Assembly (NCBI GenBank): GCA_900770295.1
Contig: CAAGJQ010000089.1
Span: forward strand, 31,668 to 95,667
Length of the DNA stretch: 64,000 nt
From: an uncultured Oscillibacter sp.
Lineage (GTDB): Bacteria > Bacillota > Clostridia > Oscillospirales > Oscillospiraceae
Reading direction: 5' to 3'
The notes under the pieces were generated by a model. The model saw only the letters and a program-made list of their open reading frames with translations. It made no database searches and was not told where the DNA came from. Made by a program: the position numbers and the translations under genes. This document shows positions 8,327-17,472 of this stretch, one piece after another; the stretch's first letter is position 1, and each line of letters starts with the position of its first letter.

Positions 8327-11300
8327 CTATTTGATCTTCAATTCCTTGGCCATGTCGTTCAGATTGATGGTCAGTATCTTACTGACGCCCTGCTCCTGCA
8401 TGGTGACGCCGTACAGCACGTCGGCCTCCTCCATGGTGCCCCGGCGGTGGGTGATGACGATGAACTGCGTCCGGCCCGCCAGGGTCCGCATGTAGCGGGC
8501 CACCCGGATGACGTTGGGCTCGTCCAGGGCGGCCTCGATCTCATCCATGACGCAGAAGGGCGTGGGGTGGACCTTCAAAATGGCGAAGTACAGAGCGATG
8601 GCCACGAAGGCCTTCTCGCCGCCGGAGAGGAGGGAGATGGTCTTTAAGGTCTTTCCGGGCGGCTGGGCCTTGATCTCGATGCCGCAGCCCAGAATGTCGC
8701 TCTCGTCCTCCAGCTCCAGCTTGGCCTGGCCCCCGCCGAAGAGGTCCGTGAAGGTGGTCTGGAAGCTCTCGTTGATGAGCTTGAACTGCTCCGCGAAGAT
8801 GGCGGTCATCTGGTTGGTGATCTCCTCGATGATGCCGCTGAGCTCCTCCTTGGCCTTTTCCACGTCGTCGCGCTGGTCCGTCAGATAGGTGTAGCGGCCG
8901 TTGACCCGGTCGAACTCCTCGATAGCGCCGATGTTGATGGCTCCAAGGGCGGAGATGTCCCGTTTCAGCTCTCCGATGCGGCGGGTGGCCTTGGGGATGC
9001 TCTCCAGCTCGATGCGCTGGGCCTGAGCATCCGTGTGGCTGAGCTCGTAGGTCTCCCACAGCCGGTCCAGGATCTGCTTTTCCTCCATGGCGGAGGTGGA
9101 GATCTTGTTCTCCAGCTTTGCCGCCGCCATCTGCAGATTCTGGAAGTTCTCGTTCAGTTCCTTGCTGGCGCGGTTTTTGGCAGTGCGCTCCGCCTCCAGG
9201 GCGATCTTCTCCTCGTTCAGCGCCGTCAGCCGGTCCCGGAAGGTCTGGCCCTGGGCAGAGAGGGTTTCCAGCTCCGTTTTCCGCCGGGCGATCTCTCCGC
9301 TGGCCTCGTCGATGTTCCGCTGATAGGTCCGGACCGTCTCCTCCTTCTGGTCCCGGTCCCCGGCCAAACTCTCCGCCAGCTGCCGCAGGTCGGCGGCACG
9401 GCGGACGGTGGACTCCCGCTCGGCGGTCAGAGCCGCCAGATCGGACTTCTTTCCGCTGATCTCTTCCGTCAGAGCCCCGGACTGGGCCAGCAGCTCTGAC
9501 TGGCCGGAGAGGGCCTCTTCGGCCTTCGCCCGCAGGCTCTCCGCCAGACGCTCCTGCCCGGCGATCTGTTTTTCCGCCTCCGCGGCCCGCTGCCCGTTGT
9601 CCTTCAGGCGGCCGGTCAGGCTCTCCCACTCGCCCTCCAGATTTTCCAGATTCTCCCGCAGGGAGCGCAGCAAAATGTCAAAGTGGTTCTTCGTACCCTC
9701 CAGCCGCAAAACCTCGTCCTCGGCCTGGCGGCGCTGGCTCTCCGCCGTCTCCAGCTCGTACTGGGCGGCGGCCAGTTCCCGGTTCGCCGCCTCCTCCGCA
9801 GCCTGGGCGGCGGACAGCTTTTCATGCATGGCGCTGGCCCGGCCGTTCAGCTTTTCCAGCTCGGCGGCGCGGCTCAGCACACCGGCGGACCGGCTGGTGG
9901 AGCCGCCGGTCATGGAGCCGCCCCGGTTGATGACCTGCCCGTCCAGCGTCACGATGCGGAAGGCGTTGCGGTACTTCCGGGCCATGGCGATGCCGCAGTC
10001 CATGTCCTCCACGATGACCGTCCGGCCCAGGAGGTTCTGGAAGATATTCGTATAGCGGGCATCAAACTTCACCAGGCGGGAGGCGATGCCCACGAAACCG
10101 AATTCATTTTCCACGCCGGGCTGGCGCAGCTCGTCGCCCCGGATGGCGGTCAGCGGCAGGAAGGTGGCGCGGCCGCCGTCCCGCTGTTTCAGGAAGTTGA
10201 TGGCCGCCTTGGCGTCCTCCTCCCGGTCCACCACGATGTTCTGCAATCCCGCGCCCAGGGCGATCTCAATGGCCAGAGACACCTGCTGGTCGGTCTTCAT
10301 CAGATTCGCCACCGGGCCGTGGATGCCCCGGAGACTATTCTTTGCCTGCATGACCGTCTTGACGGCCTTGGAGAAGCCCTCGTACTCCTTCTCCATCTCC
10401 GTCAGAAGGCGGATGCGGTTGTCCAGCGCGCCCACGTCCATGGTCAGCTGGACCCGGTGTTCCGACGCGGCGGCGGCTTTCTTCTTCCGCTCCTCCATCC
10501 GCAGGCTGTGGCCCGCGATGATGTTGGACACCGCCTCCGCCTCGTCCCGGGCATCCTCCAGAGCGCGGCGGTTGGCCCTGGCCTCCTTCTCGGATTCCGC
10601 CAGTTGGGCCTCGGCGGCGGCTTTTTCCTGTTCAACGGCGGCTTTCCGCTCCTCGATCTGTCCGTTTTCAGCGGCGATGGCAGCGACTTCCGCCCGCGCG
10701 TCCGCCGCAGCGGCCACGGCCATGGCCTCCTGGCCCCGCAGGGCCTCCGCCTGGGACTGGGCGCCGCCGGCCTGGGCCGCGGCCTCCCGTGCCTGCTCCA
10801 GCAGTCCATCCAGCGCGTGATTCAGCGTCTCGATCTCTCCGTCGATCTCCGCGATGCGGCGCTCCAGTTCCTCCGCCTGCTTCTCCAGGCCTCCGGCGCG
10901 GCTGTCCGTCTCCTCCAGCTCCGTCCGGGCCCGGTCGATGTTCTCCTGATTGTGGGTGATCGTACTCTCCAGCACGGCGATGGCGGACTCCTGCTCCTTC
11001 ACCCGGCCGTCCAGCTCGGCGGCCTCGGCGCGGATGCGCTCCGCCTCCATGTCCTTCTCCTGCATCCGAAGACCGTACTGCTCATCCTCGGCGTACAGGG
11101 CGTCAATTTGGGCCTTGGCCTCGTCCCGGGCGGCCTCGGCGGCGGCGCAGTCCGCCTTCAGCTTCTGGACGCTGGCTTTCAGGGCATCCAGATTCTCCAG
11201 CCACACGGAGATCTCCAACAGGCGCAGCTCGTCCCGCAGGACCAGGAACTTTTTGGCCTTCTCCGCCTGGTCCCGCAGGGGTTCCACCTGCAATTCCAGT

Positions 11301-11893
11301 TCGGATATCTTGTCGTTGATGCGGACCAGGTTCTCCTCCGTCCGCTCCAGCTTCCGCTCCGACTCCTCTTTCCGGTGGCGGAACTTGGAGATGCCGGCGG
11401 CCTCCTCGAAAATCTCCCGGCGCTCGCCGCTCTTGGCGGACAAAATCTCGTCGATCTTGCCCTGGCCGATGATGGAGTAGCCCTCCCGGCCCATGCCGGT
11501 GTCCATGAACAGCTCCGTCACGTCCTTCAATCGGACGGACTGCCGGTTGATGTAGTATTCGCTCTCGCCGCTGCGGTAATAGCGGCGGGTGACGGAGACC
11601 TCCGCCTCCTCCATGGTGGGGAAGATGTGCTCCGTGTTGTCGATTACCAGCGTCACCTGGGCAAAGCCCACCTGGGCCCGCTTCGCCGTGCCGCCGAAGA
11701 TGACGTCCTCCATCTTCGCGCCTCGGAGGCTCTTACTGCTCTGCTCACCCATGACCCAGCGGATGGCGTCGGAAATATTGGACTTGCCGGAGCCGTTGGG
11801 GCCCACGATGGCGGTGATATCCTCGCCGAAGTTCAGGACCGTCTTATCGGGGAAGGACTTGAATCCCTGGATCTCCAATGCTTTTAAGTACAC
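8327..11893 (-). CDS. smc: chromosome segregation protein SMC
   Basis: GFKSF, GPNGSGKSN, coiled coils, hinge GRATFLP..GSMTGG, LSGGEK, DEIEAALD. Confidence 0.98.
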   Translation of the reverse strand: MYLKALEIQGFKSFPDKTVLNFGEDITAIVGPNGSGKSNISDAIRWVMGEQSSKSLRGAKMEDVIFGGTAKRAQVGFAQVTLVIDNTEHIFPTMEEAEVSVTRRYYRSGESEYYINRQSVRLKDVTELFMDTGMGREGYSIIGQGKIDEILSAKSGERREIFEEAAGISKFRHRKEESERKLERTEENLVRINDKISELELQVEPLRDQAEKAKKFLVLRDELRLLEISVWLENLDALKASVQKLKADCAAAEAARDEAKAQIDALYAEDEQYGLRMQEKDMEAERIRAEAAELDGRVKEQESAIAVLESTITHNQENIDRARTELEETDSRAGGLEKQAEELERRIAEIDGEIETLNHALDGLLEQAREAAAQAGGAQSQAEALRGQEAMAVAAAADARAEVAAIAAENGQIEERKAAVEQEKAAAEAQLAESEKEARANRRALEDARDEAEAVSNIIAGHSLRMEERKKKAAAASEHRVQLTMDVGALDNRIRLLTEMEKEYEGFSKAVKTVMQAKNSLRGIHGPVANLMKTDQQVSLAIEIALGAGLQNIVVDREEDAKAAINFLKQRDGGRATFLPLTAIRGDELRQPGVENEFGFVGIASRLVKFDARYTNIFQNLLGRTVIVEDMDCGIAMARKYRNAFRIVTLDGQVINRGGSMTGGSTSRSAGVLSRAAELEKLNGRASAMHEKLSAAQAAEEAANRELAAAQYELETAESQRRQAEDEVLRLEGTKNHFDILLRSLRENLENLEGEWESLTGRLKDNGQRAAEAEKQIAGQERLAESLRAKAEEALSGQSELLAQSGALTEEISGKKSDLAALTAERESTVRRAADLRQLAESLAGDRDQKEETVRTYQRNIDEASGEIARRKTELETLSAQGQTFRDRLTALNEEKIALEAERTAKNRASKELNENFQNLQMAAAKLENKISTSAMEEKQILDRLWETYELSHTDAQAQRIELESIPKATRRIGELKRDISALGAINIGAIEEFDRVNGRYTYLTDQRDDVEKAKEELSGIIEEITNQMTAIFAEQFKLINESFQTTFTDLFGGGQAKLELEDESDILGCGIEIKAQPPGKTLKTISLLSGGEKAFVAIALYFAILKVHPTPFCVMDEIEAALDEPNVIRVARYMRTLAGRTQFIVITHRRGTMEEADVLYGVTMQEQGVSKILTINLNDMAKELKIK

Positions 11894-12086
11894 AGTTCCA
11901 CCTCTGTCATTTTCACATACTATAACTAGAATAGATTAGCAGAAAAGCGTCTGGTTTTCAAGTAGAACCATCTGTTATTTTGCCAGCCTTTTCCGCTCCC
12001 ACCGTGATACTCAAAACAGATCTCGCTTTTTGTGGACAGCCGTGTTATCCTATGAAAAGAATAGCGATATGGAAAGGATGTCACCT

Positions 12087-12323
12087 GTGCGAATGAAACA
12101 GCCGCGGCTGGTGGTCACGTTTTATACGACCGCCGGCGCCATTGCTGCCGAGCAGCTCTGCCGGAAGGCGGGTCTGGAGGGAAAACTGATCTCCGTCCCC
12201 CGCTGCCTCACCTCCGACTGCGGGATCGCCTGGTCGGCGCCGCCGGAGACCCGGGCGGTGCTGGAACAGCAATTCCGGGAAGCCGGCATTGAAACCGCGG
12301 GCTTTCACGAGCTTTTGGTATAG
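12087..12323 (+). CDS. DUF3343-like small protein
   Basis: VVTFYTTAGA..LISVPR.LTSDCGIAW; upstream of yedE/yedF; start may be 12087 or 12093. Confidence 0.75.
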   Translation: MRMKQPRLVVTFYTTAGAIAAEQLCRKAGLEGKLISVPRCLTSDCGIAWSAPPETRAVLEQQFREAGIETAGFHELLV

Positions 12324-12379
12324 GCGTTTTCTTTTGGAAATCGTTGTTCTTTTAAAAAAATAATGATAGGAGTGTTTGG

Positions 12380-13486
12380 ATGAGAGAAAACAACTGGTTC
12401 CGGGAGCACGGTCTGATCTTACTGACCGGCGTCGTGGTCGGCATCGCGGCTCTGGTGCTGACCGCCTCCGGTAACCCCAAAAACATGGGCTTCTGCATCG
12501 CCTGCTTTGAGCGGGACATCGCCGGCGCGCTGGGTCTGCACAGCGCCGACAAGGTCCAGTACATCCGCCCGGAAATCATCGGCATCGTTCTGGGCGCCCT
12601 GCTGGCGGCCGTCGGCGCCAAGGAATTCCGGGCCAAGGCCGGTTCCTCCCCCGCCTGCCGCTTCATCCTGGGCATGTTCGTCATGATCGGCGCGCTGGTC
12701 TTTTTGGGCTGCCCGCTGCGCATGGTCATCCGCCTGGGCGGCGGTGATCTGACCGCCGTGGCCGGTCTGGTGGGCTTTGTGGCCGGTATTCTGGTGGGCA
12801 TCGTCTTTCTGCGGAAGGGCTTTTCCCTGGGACGGGCCTATCCGGTCCGCCAGGGCGAGGGTCTGATGCTGCCCGGCCTTATGGTGGTCCTGCTGGTTTT
12901 GCTGCTGGTATTCCCCGGCAAGCTGCGCTTCTCCGAGGCCGGTCCCGGCTCCATGCACGCGTTCTGGGCCATCTCTCTGGCGGCCGGTCTGATTGTGGGC
13001 GCGCTGGCCCAGCGGAGCCGCCTGTGCATGGCCGGCGGCATCCGGGACGCCGTGATGCTCCGTGATTTCCGGCTGCTGTCCGGTTTTCTGGCCATCTGGG
13101 TCACTGTCAGCATCGGCAACCTGATCCTCGGAAACTACAATCTCTCCGCCGTGTCCCAGCCCATTGCCCACAGCCAGTATCTGTGGTCCGCCCTGGGCAT
13201 GGCTCTGGCGGGCTGGGGCTCCATCCTGCTGGGCGGCTGTCCTCTGCGGCAGCTGATCCTGGCCGGTGAGGGCAACGGCGATTCCGCCGTGACGGTGCTG
13301 GGCATGATCGTCGGTGCCGCTGTGTCCCACAACTTCGGACTGGCGGGCAGCGCCGACAGCGTGGTGGACGGTGTCTACAAGGTAGGCGGCATCGGCACCG
13401 CCGGTATGGTGGCCGTCATCTTCGGCTTCGTGGTACTGCTGGTCATCACCATCACTCATCTTCCCGGAAAGGAGCATGCATTATGA
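12380..13486 (+). CDS. yedE: YedE-family selenium/sulfur transport membrane protein
   Basis: GNPKNMGFCIACFERDIAGALG, two GCPLR motifs, many TM segments. Confidence 0.9.
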   Translation: MRENNWFREHGLILLTGVVVGIAALVLTASGNPKNMGFCIACFERDIAGALGLHSADKVQYIRPEIIGIVLGALLAAVGAKEFRAKAGSSPACRFILGMFVMIGALVFLGCPLRMVIRLGGGDLTAVAGLVGFVAGILVGIVFLRKGFSLGRAYPVRQGEGLMLPGLMVVLLVLLLVFPGKLRFSEAGPGSMHAFWAISLAAGLIVGALAQRSRLCMAGGIRDAVMLRDFRLLSGFLAIWVTVSIGNLILGNYNLSAVSQPIAHSQYLWSALGMALAGWGSILLGGCPLRQLILAGEGNGDSAVTVLGMIVGAAVSHNFGLAGSADSVVDGVYKVGGIGTAGMVAVIFGFVVLLVITITHLPGKEHAL

Positions 13487-13686
13487 TCGATACGAGAGGT
13501 CTCTCCTGCCCCATGCCCGTCATCATGGTGCAGAACGCGGTCCGCAAGGACGCCCCCGCCACGCTGGAGGTCCTGTCGGACGCTCAGGTGTCCGTGGAAA
13601 ATATCACCCGGTTCGCCCATACGCAGGGCTATCAGGTGACAGTCACACCGGAGGGCGATGACTTCAAGCTGACGTTGACGAAATAA
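13483..13686 (+). CDS. TusA/SirA/YedF-family sulfur carrier
   Basis: IDTRGLSCPMPVI motif; ATGA overlap with yedE. Confidence 0.88.
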   Translation: MIDTRGLSCPMPVIMVQNAVRKDAPATLEVLSDAQVSVENITRFAHTQGYQVTVTPEGDDFKLTLTK

Positions 13687-13689
13687 GAA

Positions 13690-13728
13690 GCGGCAGGGCC
13701 GTCCCGGTACGGGGCGGCCCTGCTGTTT
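13690..13728. terminator. hairpin between convergent genes
   Basis: GCAGGGCCGTCCC/GGGGCGGCCCTGC stem. Confidence 0.65.
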
Positions 13729-13919
13729 CACTCCCAGAACAGTTCGTCCAGGGTCTTGTTCAGCGTTTTGCAGATGGCGATGCAGAGCTTGATGGTGGGA
13801 TTGTAGTCTCCCTTTTCGATGGCGTTGATGGTCTGGCGGGAGACGCCCACCGCGTCCGCCAGCTGCTGCTGGCTCATGTCCAGCGCCGCCCGGGCGGATT
13901 TCAGCCGGAGGTTTTTCAT
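13728..13919 (-). CDS. XRE-family HTH regulator
   Basis: MKNLRLKSAR..SQQQLADAVGVSRQTINAIEKGDYNP. Confidence 0.9.
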   Translation of the reverse strand: MKNLRLKSARAALDMSQQQLADAVGVSRQTINAIEKGDYNPTIKLCIAICKTLNKTLDELFWE

Positions 13920-14434
13920 TCCCCTGCCTCCCGCTTCGCCAGCAGGTAATTCACCACGTAAATCACCAGAATGACCAATACCATGGCGCCGCAAATGCCA
14001 TTCACCGCGGCGAAGGTCAGGATGCCGTCCTCCATTACCCGGCCGTTTTTCCAATTCATGACGCCGATGAACAAATTCAGCGATCCGATGACAGTGAGCA
14101 TTGTCATGACGGTCCGGGGCTTTTCTTTCAGGCTCAGATAGGCATCCTTCACGATGCAGACGGACGCAAACACCATCAGCGCCGCGGCAATACACAGCAT
14201 AGCGCCGACGAGAACATCGCACCAACGGCCCAGGACCATGTCGGAAAAGCCATACAGCAGCAGGCACGTCAGCAGGGTCCAGAACCCATACTTGTATGCT
14301 TGCCCCCGGGCCCGCTCCTGCCGCTCGTCAAAGGTCAGATCCATAACCTTCAGCTTAAACAGCAGCGCCACGATGCCGACGCCCACCAGGATGCCCACGA
14401 CGATGCCCACAATGTATCCCAGAGAATGTTCCAT
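13916..14434 (-). CDS. hypothetical membrane protein (DERQ..AYKYGF type) paired with an XRE regulator
   Basis: Multiple TM segments; GGAGG RBS; translationally coupled to the XRE gene. Confidence 0.8.
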   Translation of the reverse strand: MEHSLGYIVGIVVGILVGVGIVALLFKLKVMDLTFDERQERARGQAYKYGFWTLLTCLLLYGFSDMVLGRWCDVLVGAMLCIAAALMVFASVCIVKDAYLSLKEKPRTVMTMLTVIGSLNLFIGVMNWKNGRVMEDGILTFAAVNGICGAMVLVILVIYVVNYLLAKREAGE

Positions 14435-14469
14435 ATGTACTTCCTCCTGTTTTCTCTTATTGTGAGGTC

Positions 14470-14498
14470 AGTGTAATACTACGCCGTCTATTTGTCAA
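14470..14498 (-). promoter_or_regulatory. sigma-A-type promoter
   Basis: TTGACA-17-TACACT on the minus strand. Confidence 0.65.
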
Positions 14499-14539
14499 GT
14501 ATATTTTACTTTTTGTCTCAAAAATTTTCCGGCGGCACA

Positions 14540-15259
14540 TTACTGTGCCGCCGTGTCTCCCTTCTTATCCCGAATCTGCCGGTACAGGCACTGGAGGCCG
14601 TCGGACAAGCCGCCCACCTGGTCGATGATGCCCAGACGGACCGCCTCCTCGCCGTAGACCACGCTGCCCACGTCGGCGGCCATATCGTCCTTTTTCAGCA
14701 TCAGGGCCTGAAAGTCCTCGGCGCTGATGTGGCTGTGACCGGAGACGAAAGCCACGATGCGGTCCTGGAGCCGCTGGAAGTAGTTGTAGGTCTGGGGCGC
14801 GGCAATGACGGTGCCGCTCATGCGGACCGGATGGATGGTCATGGCGGCGGAGGGCACGGCGAAGCTCCTCTTCGCCGCCACCGCCAGAGGTACCCCGATG
14901 GAGTGGCTTCCCCCCAGAACGATGGAAACAGTGGGCTTCGTCATGCTGGCGATCAGCTCCGCGATGGCGAGACCCGCCTCCACGTCGCCGCCCACGGTGT
15001 TCAGCAGAAACAGGATGCCGTCCACCTCCTCGCTCTCCTCCAGCTTGGCCAGGAGCGGCAGTACATGCTCATACTTCGTGGTTTTCGTCGTGTTGGACGC
15101 CGTCATATGGCCCTCGATCTGGCCGATGATGCTCAGGCTGTACACCGTGCCCCGGGGCGTTCGGGTCAGGGCGGAGGAAAAGTCCAGGATGTTCTGGACC
15201 GTGTCCTTGTTCTCGTCATTTTCCCGGCTGGACTCGGTGGGCTTGGTACTTTCAGTCAT
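14540..15259 (-). CDS. tepA: ClpP-family protein TepA
   Basis: IIGQIEGH..TKTTKYEHVLP, LNTVGGDVEAGLAIAE, GGSHSIGVP, TIHPVR. Confidence 0.88.
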   Translation of the reverse strand: MTESTKPTESSRENDENKDTVQNILDFSSALTRTPRGTVYSLSIIGQIEGHMTASNTTKTTKYEHVLPLLAKLEESEEVDGILFLLNTVGGDVEAGLAIAELIASMTKPTVSIVLGGSHSIGVPLAVAAKRSFAVPSAAMTIHPVRMSGTVIAAPQTYNYFQRLQDRIVAFVSGHSHISAEDFQALMLKKDDMAADVGSVVYGEEAVRLGIIDQVGGLSDGLQCLYRQIRDKKGDTAAQ

Positions 15260-15386
15260 AATATCCCTCCCTTTCCCCTGTATTGTCCGCATTTTTATGA
15301 AAACTACACGCCGGCCGGCCTTTCTTTTTTTTCGTTTCCATGGTATACTGTTTCAATACTTTTTACATACCGGGAGGACTCGAACC

Positions 15387-16187
15387 GTGGAACATACAAA
15401 GCAGCGCATTGTCGTAAAGGTGGGCACCTCCACCCTGACCCATGACTCCGGCAGTCTGGACCTGCGGAGCATGGAGCATCTGGTCCGCACACTGGCCGAT
15501 CTCAGCGGCATGGGACACGAGGTCATCCTGGTGACCTCCGGCGCCATCGCCGTGGGCACCGCCAAGCTGGGGCTTTCAGAACGGCCAAAGGAGCTACGGA
15601 TGAAGCAGGCGGCCGCCGCGGTGGGCCAGTGCCGGATGATGCACATTTACGACAAGCTGTTCTCCGAGTACAACCGCTCCATGGCCCAGATCCTGCTGAC
15701 CGGCGATGATGTGGACGACCCGGAGCGGGCGGAGCATCTGTCCAACACCTTCTCCGCCCTGCTGGAGATGGGGGTCATTCCGGTGGTGAATGAAAACGAC
15801 TCCGTGTCCTCCGCCGAGATTGAGACGGGCCGCCACAAGGTCCTGGGCGACAACGACACACTGTCCGCCGTCGTGGCGAAGCTGTGCCGGGCGAACCTGC
15901 TGGTGCTGCTGTCCGACATCGATGGGCTGTATGACGCGGACCCCAAGACCCACCCCGGTGCGAAGCTGCTCCATCAGGTTGCGGAGCTGACGCCGGAGAT
16001 CCTGGAGATGGCAGGAGGCGCAGGCACCTGGCGGGGCACCGGCGGCATGGCGACGAAGCTCTCCGCCGCCCGCATCGCCATGGGGGCCGGGTGCGACATG
16101 GTCATCACCAACGGGGAGCGGATGGAGGACCTCTACGGCATCGTGGAGGGGCAGGACATCGGCACCCGGTTTTTGGCATCCAAATAA
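15387..16187 (+). CDS. proB: glutamate 5-kinase (no PUA domain)
   Basis: VVKVGTS, AAAVGQ, NENDSV, GDNDTLSA, GTGGMATK; GGAGG RBS before GTG. Confidence 0.95.
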   Translation: MEHTKQRIVVKVGTSTLTHDSGSLDLRSMEHLVRTLADLSGMGHEVILVTSGAIAVGTAKLGLSERPKELRMKQAAAAVGQCRMMHIYDKLFSEYNRSMAQILLTGDDVDDPERAEHLSNTFSALLEMGVIPVVNENDSVSSAEIETGRHKVLGDNDTLSAVVAKLCRANLLVLLSDIDGLYDADPKTHPGAKLLHQVAELTPEILEMAGGAGTWRGTGGMATKLSAARIAMGAGCDMVITNGERMEDLYGIVEGQDIGTRFLASK

Positions 16188-16202
16188 AAGGAGGTCCTTT
16201 TT

Positions 16203-17450
16203 ATGACAGCATTGCAGCAGCAGGGCGCGGCGGCAAAGGCCGCCACCTATGTGCTGGCAACCGCCGGGACGGCAAAGAAAAACGCCGCCCTGGACGCCAT
16301 CGCGGAGATCCTGACGGCGCGGCAGAACGAATGGCTGGCCGCCAACGCTGAGGATGTGGCCGCCGCCAAAGAGGCGGGGATGCGTCCCGCCATGCTGGAC
16401 CGGCTGACTCTGACGCCGGAGCGCGTCGCCGGCATTGTGGACGGTGTGCGGCAGGTGGCCGCCCTGCCGGACCCCATCGGGCGCGTTGACAAAATGGAGA
16501 CCCGGCCCAACGGGCTTATCATTGGCCGCCGCCGGGTGCCTCTGGGCGTCATCGCCATCATCTTTGAGGCACGGCCCAATGTCACTGTGGATGCGGCGGC
16601 GCTGTGCCTGAAATCCGGCAATGTGTGCATTCTCCGAGGCGGCAGGGAGGCCATCCGCTCCAACCGCTGCGTCACCGCGCTGATGCGGGAGGCGCTGGTA
16701 TCCGCCGGACTGCCGGAGGACTGCATCTCCCTGGTGCAGGACACCAGCCATGAGACCGCCAATGAGCTGATGCATCTGGACGGCTATGTGGATGTGTTGA
16801 TCCCTCGTGGAGGCGCCGGTCTGATCCGGGCTGTGGCGAAGGAGGCCAGCGTGCCGGTCATCCGCACCGGCGAGGGCGTGTGCCACATCTACGTGGACGA
16901 CGAGGCGGACCTGGATATGGCCGCAAATGTCCTGTTCAACGCCAAGTGCTCCCGGCCCTCGGTGTGCAACGCCGTGGAGTGCGTGCTGGTACAGGAGGAC
17001 ATCGCCGGGGACTTCTGGCCCAAGGCCCTGCCTCTGCTGGACGAGAAGGGCGTGGAGCTGCGGGCCGACGAGCAGGCCCTGGCCCTGCTGGGCACACGGG
17101 CCCTCCCTGCCGCCGAGAGCGACTGGGACGCGGAATACGACGATTACATCCTGGCCGTCCGGACGGTAAAGGACATGGATGAGGCCATCCGCTTCATCAA
17201 CCGGCACGGCACCGGCCACTCCGAGAGCATCATCACCAAAAACTATTTCAAGGCCCAGCACTTCCTGGACCAGGTGGACGCGGCGGCGGTGTATGTCAAC
17301 GCCTCCACCCGGTTCACCGACGGCGGCGAGTTCGGCCTGGGGGCCGAAATCGGCATCTCCACCCAGAAGATGCACGCGCGGGGTCCCATGGGTCTGGAGG
17401 AGCTGACCTCCTGCAAGTACGTCATCTACGGCGAGGGACAGGTGCGGTAA
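16203..17450 (+). CDS. proA: gamma-glutamyl phosphate reductase
   Basis: IFEARPNVT, SVCNAVE, NASTRFTDG, STQKMHARGPMGL. Confidence 0.97.
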   Translation: MTALQQQGAAAKAATYVLATAGTAKKNAALDAIAEILTARQNEWLAANAEDVAAAKEAGMRPAMLDRLTLTPERVAGIVDGVRQVAALPDPIGRVDKMETRPNGLIIGRRRVPLGVIAIIFEARPNVTVDAAALCLKSGNVCILRGGREAIRSNRCVTALMREALVSAGLPEDCISLVQDTSHETANELMHLDGYVDVLIPRGGAGLIRAVAKEASVPVIRTGEGVCHIYVDDEADLDMAANVLFNAKCSRPSVCNAVECVLVQEDIAGDFWPKALPLLDEKGVELRADEQALALLGTRALPAAESDWDAEYDDYILAVRTVKDMDEAIRFINRHGTGHSESIITKNYFKAQHFLDQVDAAAVYVNASTRFTDGGEFGLGAEIGISTQKMHARGPMGLEELTSCKYVIYGEGQVR

Positions 17451-17472
17451 ACACGGAAGGAGAGGATACAAA

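Noticed and set aside
4770..8401. DGR template/variable repeat pairs as the explanation for the duplications
   Set aside because: The yhbY copies are identical and the smc differences are silent and not adenine-specific. There is no reverse transcriptase in the window.
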